From the NCBI GenBank assembly GCA_041499965.1, contig JBGQLG010000007.1:1647-65646 (forward strand): a stretch of DNA of 64,000 bases, given 5' to 3'. Position numbers and translations under genes: made by a program. The notes beneath the pieces are model-generated. The model searched no databases. It saw nothing but the letters and a program-made list of their open reading frames with translations, and was not told where the DNA came from. This document shows, one piece after another, positions 53,854 through 62,134 of the stretch. Positions within the stretch are counted from its first letter, which is position 1; each line of letters starts with the position of its first letter. This stretch comes from Candidatus Methylomirabilia bacterium (GTDB lineage: Bacteria > Methylomirabilota > Methylomirabilia > Rokubacteriales > CSP1-6).

Positions 53854-54162
53854 TCCCCTTTCTGCCGCCTGCCCGGACGTTTTTTCCGAAAGTTTGCTGG
53901 GCGGCGGCGGAGCCCATGCTACGGTCGTGATCGATTCACGTCAGTTGTGGATGCCATCCTGTCGGCGGGCCGGTCAATCGGTGACGGATTGGTGGCGACA
54001 CTGGACAGTTTCATAACACCTCCGGAGGGGTTCTCGACGGCTCCTCTGGAATGCCCCGCCCCCGTCGACTGCCGTTGAGGTCGTCGATCTCGCTCACTTT
54101 GCGCCCACCGGGCCCGCGCCGTCGGCACGCCAGGAGACCGGCCTGATCGTCGTTCACCGGTT

Positions 54163-54178
54163 TGGCGCACCCGTTGCA
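54163..54178 (+). promoter_or_regulatory. sigma54-type promoter upstream of the minor-pilin operon
   Basis: TGGCGC-ACCCG-TTGCA has correct GG-N10-GC spacing. It lies about 31-37 nt upstream of the first pseudopilin start. Confidence 0.45.
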
Positions 54179-54208
54179 CCTACGCCTCGCCCGCTGGAGC
54201 CCCTACAG

Positions 54209-54688
54209 GTGACTATGCCCAAGACAATGTCGAACGATCGCGGCTTTTCGCTCACGGAGTTGCTCGTCGTCGTCGGCCTCATCGGCGTGCTGAGCCTGGT
54301 TGCGGCGCCGAGCTTGCTGACGTACTGGCGGACCTCGTCGCTGACGGCCGGCGCCGAGCAGCTCGCGTCCGTGATGAACCGCGCGCGCCAGCTCGCGATC
54401 AACCAGAACCGATCGGTGTGCGTCGAGCGGACCGGCACGAGCGTGCGCCTGCGCCCGACGAGCGCCTCCCCGGCGGACTGCGCGGGCGCCGTGTGGACCG
54501 GCATCGGCACCGACAGCGCTGGGCTGATCCAGATCGCGAACAGCCTGCAAGTCAGCGGGGCGGCGAGCGCCATCTTCACGAACGTGGGCGGGGCCAGCAC
54601 GACTGCGACCTACACCTTGACCGATCCCAAGACGGGTCAGTCGCGCAGCGTGGTGGTCTCCTCCACGGGACGGGTGATCATCCAATGA
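54209..54688 (+). CDS. GspH/FimT-family minor pilin (pseudopilin)
   Basis: The prepilin signal is ...SNDRG|FSLTELLVVVGLIGVL. The start could be GTG 54209, ATG 54215 or ATG 54227. Confidence 0.75.
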   Translation: MTMPKTMSNDRGFSLTELLVVVGLIGVLSLVAAPSLLTYWRTSSLTAGAEQLASVMNRARQLAINQNRSVCVERTGTSVRLRPTSASPADCAGAVWTGIGTDSAGLIQIANSLQVSGAASAIFTNVGGASTTATYTLTDPKTGQSRSVVVSSTGRVIIQ

Positions 54689-55227
54689 CGCGGATGCTGA
54701 CGCAGCAGCGCGGATTCACGCTGGCCGAAGTGCTCGTCGCGGTATTCGTCATCATGGTCGGTCTGGTCGCCGTCGCGACCGGATTCCAGTACGCGACCAG
54801 CGGCGTGGCCACCGGCCGGGGCGAGACCATCGCCACGTTCCTGGCCGAGCAGCGGATCGAGCAGCTCAAGACAGTGGCCATGACCAACTATTTCGGTGCT
54901 CCTACCGGTCCGGCCTGGGCCGCCGGCGCATCGCTCCTGGGCGGCCCCCTGGCCACCCCGGTCACCTTCACCGAGTACTGTCAGTCGAGCAACATCGGCG
55001 CGACCGGAGCGAACTGCCAGGCCACCGCCATCACCGGCACGGCGTCCTACACACGCGTGACGTCGATCGTCGACAACCCGGGAGGCACTGGGTGCGACAA
55101 CTCGGCGCCGGCCCTGGTCTGCAAGCGGATCCGCGTCACCGTGACCTATCGGCCGGTGACGACACGGGGCGACGTGAGCCAGACCCGCACGGTTGACGTC
55201 TATGCCGTCGTGGCTCCGAGGAGCTGA
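54685..55227 (+). CDS. pilV: PilV-like minor pilin
   Basis: ATG at 54685 overlaps the upstream stop (ATGA). The leader is MTRMLTQQRG|FTLAEVLVAVFVIMVGL. Confidence 0.7.
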   Translation: MTRMLTQQRGFTLAEVLVAVFVIMVGLVAVATGFQYATSGVATGRGETIATFLAEQRIEQLKTVAMTNYFGAPTGPAWAAGASLLGGPLATPVTFTEYCQSSNIGATGANCQATAITGTASYTRVTSIVDNPGGTGCDNSAPALVCKRIRVTVTYRPVTTRGDVSQTRTVDVYAVVAPRS

Positions 55228-55228
55228 C

Positions 55229-55906
55229 ATGAGGACGCGAATATTCAGCAACCAGGGCGGCTTCACCCTGACCGAGCTCCTCGTGGCCTGCGCCATGATC
55301 GGCGTCGTGATGGCCGGGCTGTTCTCGATCCTCCAGACCGGGCAGGAGAGCTATCTGACGGGCACCAACCAGGTCGAGGCGCAGCAAGCACTCCGCCTGG
55401 CCCTGCTGCGGGTGACCAACGAGATCCGCGAGGCCGGCTATTGCCCGACGTGCGCGAACCTCGGGGCAGCGGCCGCCGACTTCCCGGCCGTCATCAGTCC
55501 GACCGCGACTGGGTTCATTCTGCAAAACGACTGGAACGGCAACTGGGACGGCACCACGGGTATCGCGACCAGCGGCACCGTCACGCAGACCGTGATGTCG
55601 GGCACCAGCAGCCTCACCACCACCGTCAACCGCGGTGAGCAGATCACCTACTCGGTCGTTGGCGGCAATCTCCGGCGGCAGGAGACCGGAATCGACGGCG
55701 CCCCCGTCGTGGTGGTCTCGAACCTCGCCTCCATCACGTTCACCTACCTGGATGCGAACGGTGTCGTCACGGCGACCCCGGCCAACATCCGGACCATCGT
55801 GATCAGCGCAGTCGGACAGCCTCTGGTGCAGCCCACGGCCTATGCGGCCGGTCGCGTCCAAGTGGCGATGACAGACTCGGTGCGCCTGCGCAACCGAGCG
55901 CAGTAG
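55229..55906 (+). CDS. pilW: PilW-like minor pilin
   Basis: ATG at 55229 after GAGGAG. The leader is MRTRIFSNQGG|FTLTELLVACAMIGVVM. Confidence 0.7.
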   Translation: MRTRIFSNQGGFTLTELLVACAMIGVVMAGLFSILQTGQESYLTGTNQVEAQQALRLALLRVTNEIREAGYCPTCANLGAAAADFPAVISPTATGFILQNDWNGNWDGTTGIATSGTVTQTVMSGTSSLTTTVNRGEQITYSVVGGNLRRQETGIDGAPVVVVSNLASITFTYLDANGVVTATPANIRTIVISAVGQPLVQPTAYAAGRVQVAMTDSVRLRNRAQ

Positions 55907-55919
55907 CGGAGGACGATCA

Positions 55920-57374
55920 ATGCGAAACTGGCGAACACTTCTCGGCAATGAACGCGGCGTGGCCCTGGTGCTGTCGCTGATGATGCTACTGGCCCTGACG
56001 GGACTGCTGCTCGCGTTCCTCTCCGTCAGCGCGCTGGAACCGCAGATCTCGAAGAACATCGCCGACACGTCGCGGGCCCGGTACCTGGCCGAGGCCGGCA
56101 TCGAGGTCGGATTCAATACGCTGGTCAACAACCCCGCGCTCAGCACCGCCGTCAGCAGCGCCAACTCCAGCGTCCCCTGGGTCGCGCTGATCGCCAATGC
56201 CACGCTCAACGGCGTGACGTCGGGCGGCTCGTCGGCCGAGGCGACCTTCGCCGGCACCTACAACGTCGTCGTCCGCAACGACTATCTGGCCTCTGACCAG
56301 GCGCTGACTGGCGTGAACCCGGCGTCGCTGGGGCCGTGCTCGCCGCCCGCCGCCGAAACGGTCACGGCCGACTGCAACGGGATCCTGATCATGCGCTCGA
56401 CCGGGACGTTCAACGGTGCCACCAAGACGATCGAGGTGGTCGTGCGCCGCGCGCAGCTGCCGCCGTTCCCCGGCGCGGTGAACCTGCCGGGCGCGCAGTC
56501 GGACACGTTCATCAACACCGGGACCTTCGACATCGACGGGCGTGACTACGGCTGCGCCAGCAACTGTGACACGGCGGGCAACTGGAGCCTCACCGGAGCC
56601 AACGCGGCGCACCCCAACAAGTTCGGCATCGCCTCGCACAGTGGCACCCAGACCAATATCAACACGGCCTTCGAGACCAACATCGAGAACGCGGTGAGCG
56701 GTGACGCGACGAAGCTTGCGGATATCAAGGGGCGCCAGCAGGGCGGCAGCATCACCTCGTACAGCACGGGGACCCAGACCATCGCTCCCGATGACTCGCT
56801 GGACTCCACGAAGCTGGCCTCGTATCTCAACTCGGTCAGGAACTATGCCGGTACGACGATTCTGCAATCGACCCAGGCCTGCCCGATGCAGATCACGGGC
56901 ACCTCGACCCCGACCAACCAGGTCACGGTGAGCAACGGCTGCAGCGGCGCGAACGCCCCGCCCGTGACCACGCTCGATCTCGGCACCCGCACCAATCCCA
57001 AGCTCGTCTACTTCAAGGGTGACCCCGACCCCACCTCGCTGTTCACGGGCCTGCAGATGAACAGCGGTATCAAGGGCGCCGGCATCCTGGTCATCGAGGA
57101 CGGCGACCTCAAGAACCTGGGCAACTTCACCTGGGACGGCGTCGTCATCGTCACCGGCAGCTACGTGGGTGCCGGCTTCATGTCGGGCAGCAGTACGACC
57201 ATCCGGGGCGCGATGGTGGCGAACGAGACGCAGCCGGGCGAATCCAACGGCTACTTCGAGTTCTACCTGCACGGCTCGGCGCTCGGGCTCACGATCCACA
57301 ACAGCAAGCAAAATCTCGACATGGTCCAGCTCGCCAAGGGCACCCACACGATCACCAACTGGCGGGAGCTGTAG
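55920..57374 (+). CDS. pilX: PilX-like pilus assembly protein (PilX N-terminal domain)
   Basis: 484 aa. The N-terminus NERGVALVLSLMMLLALTGLLLAF is the PilX_N-type hydrophobic segment without a Gly-Phe cleavage motif. Confidence 0.65.
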   Translation: MRNWRTLLGNERGVALVLSLMMLLALTGLLLAFLSVSALEPQISKNIADTSRARYLAEAGIEVGFNTLVNNPALSTAVSSANSSVPWVALIANATLNGVTSGGSSAEATFAGTYNVVVRNDYLASDQALTGVNPASLGPCSPPAAETVTADCNGILIMRSTGTFNGATKTIEVVVRRAQLPPFPGAVNLPGAQSDTFINTGTFDIDGRDYGCASNCDTAGNWSLTGANAAHPNKFGIASHSGTQTNINTAFETNIENAVSGDATKLADIKGRQQGGSITSYSTGTQTIAPDDSLDSTKLASYLNSVRNYAGTTILQSTQACPMQITGTSTPTNQVTVSNGCSGANAPPVTTLDLGTRTNPKLVYFKGDPDPTSLFTGLQMNSGIKGAGILVIEDGDLKNLGNFTWDGVVIVTGSYVGAGFMSGSSTTIRGAMVANETQPGESNGYFEFYLHGSALGLTIHNSKQNLDMVQLAKGTHTITNWREL

Positions 57375-57377
57375 TCG

Positions 57378-58118
57378 GTGCGATTCCTCCTCCTCGCCGG
57401 ATTGCTCGGTGTCACCCTCGCCGGCTGCCAGCGCGCCCCCGCGCTGGCACCGGCGGCTTCGGTCGAGATCGTCGGCTCGCTGACCTCCAGGCTCAAGGCT
57501 GAAGGTGACGAGCTGCTCAAGCAGCGGCAGTACGAGCAGGCCGCGGTCAAGTACCAGGCCGCGCTCAACCAGTCGCCCAACGACGTCCCGATCCGATTCG
57601 GGCTGGCCGTGGCGCTGTCCAACACGAACCGCCGCGAGGAAACCGTCGACCATTTCCGATTCGTCCTGCAGCACGGCACGCCCGGCTCGGCCGAGGTCAA
57701 CGCCGCGCGGGAGTGGCTGGCCGGCGCCCGGGAGCTGGAGGGCGCCGAACCGTCGGCGACCGCTGCCGCGCCCTCGGCGACGACGCCGCTCGCACCGGAT
57801 CCCAAGAAGGGGCACGTGCTCGGCAAGATCGCGTGGGGCGACATCGAGCCGCGCACCAAGATGGTCCGCGTCAACGTGAGCCTCATCGGCGACGAGGTCG
57901 AGACGCGCGAGGTCCGGATGGCGCGCCCGGACTTCAAGATCGGCAAGGGTTACGAGTTCACGAACGTTCCCCCGGGTGCGTACCGGCTGCTGGCCGAGGT
58001 TGGCGGCACCGCGATGTGGGACCTGAAGGTCGTCGTGCCGGCCGAGAAGGACACCACACTCGATCTGACCGATGGCAACGCCTCGGTCGCCAGGGACTTC
58101 ACCCCTCCCGGAGACTAG
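57378..58118 (+). CDS. lipoprotein with TPR-like N-domain and CarboxypepD_reg-like beta domain
   Basis: GTG start. The lipobox is LLGVTLAGC. A TPR-like segment (QYEQAAVKYQAALNQSPND) precedes a C-terminal beta-sandwich-like region (GKGYEFTNVPPGAYRLLAEV). Confidence 0.6.
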   Translation: MRFLLLAGLLGVTLAGCQRAPALAPAASVEIVGSLTSRLKAEGDELLKQRQYEQAAVKYQAALNQSPNDVPIRFGLAVALSNTNRREETVDHFRFVLQHGTPGSAEVNAAREWLAGARELEGAEPSATAAAPSATTPLAPDPKKGHVLGKIAWGDIEPRTKMVRVNVSLIGDEVETREVRMARPDFKIGKGYEFTNVPPGAYRLLAEVGGTAMWDLKVVVPAEKDTTLDLTDGNASVARDFTPPGD

Positions 58119-58217
58119 ATCCACCGCGAGGGCAGCCTGCCCTGCCGGGTAGGCAGCCCTCGCACCCCTTCGTCGCGCAACTACCCGCCCCAGTACGCTT
58201 CGCATCCGGCATCCCGG

Positions 58218-59465
58218 ATGCTCACCTCGTTTGCCACGATGTCGAGCCCGGGGCTCCTCGACCAGCGCGGCGTGGCCTTGCCGATGGCGCTCTTCACGCT
58301 GGCGCTGCTCACCACGCTGATGCTGGCCTTCGCCTCGCTGTCCCAGACCGAGCCCATCATCGCCGCCAATCACCTGCGCGGCAGCCAGGCGCGTACCCTG
58401 GCCGAAAGCGGGCTCGAGCTCGCGCTCTGGGCGCTGGCGAATCCAGCCGGCCCCGGAGGTGTGCCCGCACCCCTGCCCGGCGATACGGCGGCCGCGCCGT
58501 TCGACGGCCGGACGTTCGTTTCGCTGGCGGCGGGCGGCTTCACGGTCAAGATCACGAATCCCTCCGGAGGCGATCCGAACCGGCGCACGATCGTCGCGGT
58601 GGGCTGGGTGCCCACCAACAGCCCGACCGACGCACGGCCGAGGGCTCACCGGCAGGTCAGCGTGGACGTCGTCGTCATCCCGCGGCTCGCCCTGCGCACC
58701 CCCTGTGCGCTGTGCGTACGGGGTGCGCTGGACGTCATCGGTCCCGTCGCCGTCGAGGGGCGCAACCCCGATCCGAACTGCGGCGACGACACCAAGTACG
58801 GAGCCTTCAGTCGCGACGCCACCACCCTCACCGGCCCGGTGACGCTGTCCGGTGGCGCCGGTCCCAGCGCTCAGCACCAGCCGGCCGCAGGCTTCGAGGG
58901 CGTGACGCTGTCTCAGGCCGCCCTCGATGCGTTGAAGACGCTCGCCTGGCGGAACGGGACGTACTACGGACCCGGCTTCCCCCGCGGCGGTACGACGTCC
59001 GACGGCAGCAGGACGTGGGGTGGCCGCATCGTGTTCGACGCCGCGACTCCCCTGCCCGACGGCGTCGTCTTCGTCGACACCAGCGATGGCGTGAACGTCG
59101 CCGACGACGGCCCACCGGTCACCACCCTGGCCGGGGCCCGGCTCGACGCCGGCGCGCTCATCGCGCGGGGCGGAGTGTTCCGCGGATGGATCGTCGTCAA
59201 CGGATCACTCGACATCACGGGAGGCGTCAACGTCCAGGGCGTGCTCTATGCAGTCGGCGGCCTCACCTACACGGCCACCGGCGAGAGTCGCCTCGATGGG
59301 CTGGCGGTGGCGCTCAACGTGCGGGACGCGGCGGCGACCCGAATCGAGGCAGCTGGGGGCGGCAGTCTCGCCATCACCTTCGACTGCACGCACGCCAGCG
59401 CCGCCGGCAGCGTCCCCCGCGCCTTCACGCCGATCCCCGGCACGTACCGGGAGGACGCCGACTAA
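58218..59465 (+). CDS. second PilX-like protein
   Basis: 415 aa. DQRGVALPMALFTLALLTTLMLAF resembles the PilX N-domain. ATG 58239 is an alternative start, because the first ATG lies inside a hairpin (58202-58221). Confidence 0.55.
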   Translation: MLTSFATMSSPGLLDQRGVALPMALFTLALLTTLMLAFASLSQTEPIIAANHLRGSQARTLAESGLELALWALANPAGPGGVPAPLPGDTAAAPFDGRTFVSLAAGGFTVKITNPSGGDPNRRTIVAVGWVPTNSPTDARPRAHRQVSVDVVVIPRLALRTPCALCVRGALDVIGPVAVEGRNPDPNCGDDTKYGAFSRDATTLTGPVTLSGGAGPSAQHQPAAGFEGVTLSQAALDALKTLAWRNGTYYGPGFPRGGTTSDGSRTWGGRIVFDAATPLPDGVVFVDTSDGVNVADDGPPVTTLAGARLDAGALIARGGVFRGWIVVNGSLDITGGVNVQGVLYAVGGLTYTATGESRLDGLAVALNVRDAAATRIEAAGGGSLAITFDCTHASAAGSVPRAFTPIPGTYREDAD

Positions 59466-59467
59466 GC

Positions 59468-62134
59468 CTAGTCGGTCGCCGGCCGCGTCGTACCGACGCT
59501 GGCGCTCTCCGGCCCGCCCCCGTACACGCGCCGGTACTCCTCCCACGAGAACATCACGCGCTTGACGTACTGGCGCGTCTCGTCGAACGGGATCTGCTCG
59601 ACCCACGCCTCGAGATCGCTGGTGCGCCGCGCCTGCCACCATTGCCGCACCCGGGACGGGCCGGCGTTGTACGCGGCCACCGCCAGCCGCGGATCCTTGA
59701 ACTCCTGCACGAGGCCGGCGAGGAACGCGGTGCCGATCTCGAGGTTGGCGCCCGGATCGTCGAGCAGCTCGCCGCCCGCAAAGGCCAGGCCGCGGTGCTC
59801 GGCCATCGGCCGCGCGGTGGCCGGCATGAGCTGCATGAGGCCGCGGGCGCCGGCCCGCGAGAGCGCGCGCGGATAGTACGACGACTCCTCGCGCACCACG
59901 GCGGCGACCAGGTAGGGATCGAGACCGGCCCGCTGGGCAGCCGCCACCAGGTCGCTGCGCCAGCCGAACGGGTAGAGCATCTCCCAGAACGCTCGGGGCA
60001 GGGCCGGGTCGCCGCTGACGGCCAGGGCGCTGAAGTGGCGGCGGAAGATCCGCAGGGCCATGTGGTACCGCTCGTCGCGCACGTACGCGCTCGAGAAGCC
60101 GTACAGCCGGACCGTGTCGCCGGTGGCCCGCTCGACCACGTCCTCCAGCTCCTCCAGCGCGCTCTCGACGAGCCCGATGCGCCGCAGCAGGTCGACGCGG
60201 GCGAAGCCCGGATCGTTGGCCACGGCGTCGGTCGGATCGGCCGGCAGCGTGATCGCCGAGGACGGCGCGGCGCCGACGGGGGCGCCGCCTGCCCGCGCCA
60301 GCGCCAGCAGCCCGTAGTAGCTGCGTGGCGCCTCGCTGATGACTTGCGCGTAGAGCGCCGCCGCCGCCGCCCGGGTGCGCCCCTCGTCGGTGGCCCGCGC
60401 GCGCCAGTAGAGCGCGGGCAGCCGGTACGCGCGGTTGCCGGTGTCCATCAGCCGCCCCCAGTGCTGGGCCGCCTCGCGCGGATCGCCCTTCAGATACGCG
60501 CCCCAGCCGAGCCGCCACAGCGCGGCGCCCGCGACCTCGCGCTTGGGATAGCGCGTGGCCAGCGTGCGATAGACCACGGTCGCCTCGGCCGGACGCTGGG
60601 CGTCCTCCAGCGCGCGCGCCCGGATCCACAGCGCCTCGGCCGCGTCGGCGTCGGCGCCGGAGGCGGCGACGCGGGCCAGGAGCTCGAACGCGCGGTCTCG
60701 CTGGCCGGCGCGCAGCAGCAGCCGCGCCTCCTCCAGCCGCAGCGCCGCCTGCCGCTCCGGAGCGACCCGCGTGGCCGCCAGACCGAGCGCCTTCGCCGCC
60801 GCCTCGTAGCGGCCCAGACGCTGCGCTCCGTCGGCGACGACGCGCAACGCGCGCACGATGATGGAGGGATCTCGCGCCTCGCCGACGATCCGCTCGGCCT
60901 CGTCGGCGGCGGTCTTGGGCACGCCGCCGCGGAGCAGGCGCTCCGCGCGGTCGACCCGCTGGGCGAGCGTCAGCGCCGGGACCGTCACACCGGAGGCCGC
61001 CAACACCGCGAGCCGGTCGGTCGCGCCCTCGGCCCAGCCCGTGGTCGGCGCCAGCACCATCAGCTCGCGATAGGCGTGGGCAGCGTCGTCGCGCTGGCCG
61101 CGCGCCTCGGCCGACTGGCCCAGCAGGTACAGCGCCTCCGGCACCTCGCGCGCCTCTGGATAGCCGTCGATCAGCCGCGCGAGCGCGGCTTGCACGCCCG
61201 CTTCTTCCCCGGCCCGGGCGGCCAACGTGGCGCCCATCAGCAGGGCCCGCGGCGCCAGCCGGCTGTCGGCGTGACGCTCGGCCAGGCCCATCGCCGTCGC
61301 CCGGGCCGCGGCGAGGTCGCCGCGGCGCGCCTGCGCGTCGGCCAGGATCAGCCGGAGGTGATCGCCGATGGGGCTGCGCAGCGCGGCCTCGCCCAACTCG
61401 ACGACGACCGGGGCCGGGTCGCCCTGCTGGAACGCCGCGATCGCCCGCGCCCACGCCCACTCGGTCTCGGGCGCGGGCAACCGGAGGGGCCGCGCCGGCT
61501 CGTCGGCGCCCGCCGAGACCGGCAGCAGCAGCAGCGCCAGCAGCCCCGCTCGTAGAATGCCGGACTCGATCACCCGGCGCGTGAACACGATGCGCTGCAG
61601 CGCGGTGAGGTTGGACAGGACCGCCAGCACCCACAGCGCCGGCTCCAGCAGGCCGAGGACGGCGCCGGCCACCAGGCAGATCATCCGCTCGGGCCGCTCC
61701 ATGAAGCCGACGTTACAGTCGACGCCGATCGACTCCGCGCGGGCCTTCGTGTAGCTGACCATCACCGAGCCCACCAGCCCCGCCATCGCCACCAGGACGC
61801 CCCGCACGTGGGGCGTGCGCGCGAAGAGCACGACGATGCCGAGCAGCACGATGAGGTCGGAGTAGCGGTCGATGACCGAGTCGAGGAACGCCCCGAATGC
61901 CGTCGCCTGTCCCGAGACCCGGGCCAGCGCGCCGTCCAGCAGGTCGCACAGCCCGGCCAGCGCCAGCAGGCAGCCGGCCCAGCGGACCTGGCCGGTGATG
62001 AACCCGGCCGCGGCGAAGAAGCTGACGACCAGACCGATGACCGTGAGGTGGTTGGGGCGCAGCTTGAGCCGGAACAGCCCGCGACCCACCGGATCGCTCC
62101 ACAGCCGAACGGTCTCGCGATACCGGCCCAGCAT
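59468..62134 (-). CDS. in-frame fusion of a CDP-alcohol phosphatidyltransferase domain (about 62134-61574) and an Slt70-like soluble lytic transglycosylase (about 61573-59468)
   Basis: ATG at 62134 overlaps the glnD stop (TGATG). The transferase motif is DLLDGALAR-x8-G-x3-DSVIDRYSD. A signal-peptide-like ILRAGLLALLLLPVSAGA follows, then superhelical repeats and the SLT motifs REESSYYP...GLMQLMP...AAYNAG. There is no stop between the two parts. An internal GTG at 61573 could start a separate Slt. Confidence 0.7.
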   Translation of the reverse strand: MLGRYRETVRLWSDPVGRGLFRLKLRPNHLTVIGLVVSFFAAAGFITGQVRWAGCLLALAGLCDLLDGALARVSGQATAFGAFLDSVIDRYSDLIVLLGIVVLFARTPHVRGVLVAMAGLVGSVMVSYTKARAESIGVDCNVGFMERPERMICLVAGAVLGLLEPALWVLAVLSNLTALQRIVFTRRVIESGILRAGLLALLLLPVSAGADEPARPLRLPAPETEWAWARAIAAFQQGDPAPVVVELGEAALRSPIGDHLRLILADAQARRGDLAAARATAMGLAERHADSRLAPRALLMGATLAARAGEEAGVQAALARLIDGYPEAREVPEALYLLGQSAEARGQRDDAAHAYRELMVLAPTTGWAEGATDRLAVLAASGVTVPALTLAQRVDRAERLLRGGVPKTAADEAERIVGEARDPSIIVRALRVVADGAQRLGRYEAAAKALGLAATRVAPERQAALRLEEARLLLRAGQRDRAFELLARVAASGADADAAEALWIRARALEDAQRPAEATVVYRTLATRYPKREVAGAALWRLGWGAYLKGDPREAAQHWGRLMDTGNRAYRLPALYWRARATDEGRTRAAAAALYAQVISEAPRSYYGLLALARAGGAPVGAAPSSAITLPADPTDAVANDPGFARVDLLRRIGLVESALEELEDVVERATGDTVRLYGFSSAYVRDERYHMALRIFRRHFSALAVSGDPALPRAFWEMLYPFGWRSDLVAAAQRAGLDPYLVAAVVREESSYYPRALSRAGARGLMQLMPATARPMAEHRGLAFAGGELLDDPGANLEIGTAFLAGLVQEFKDPRLAVAAYNAGPSRVRQWWQARRTSDLEAWVEQIPFDETRQYVKRVMFSWEEYRRVYGGGPESASVGTTRPATD

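Noticed and set aside
53854-53900. T-tract (TTTTTT at about 53879) after tesA as an intrinsic terminator
   Set aside because: I could not find a convincing GC stem immediately upstream of the T-run.
55986-61555. Very long ORFs 55986..58877(-) of 963 aa and 57713..61555(+) of 1280 aa
   Set aside because: These were tempting as giant proteins. They run antisense to the PilX-like, lipoprotein and Slt genes, which carry real motifs. Their sequences are dominated by R, G, A, D, P and V runs with no domain signatures.
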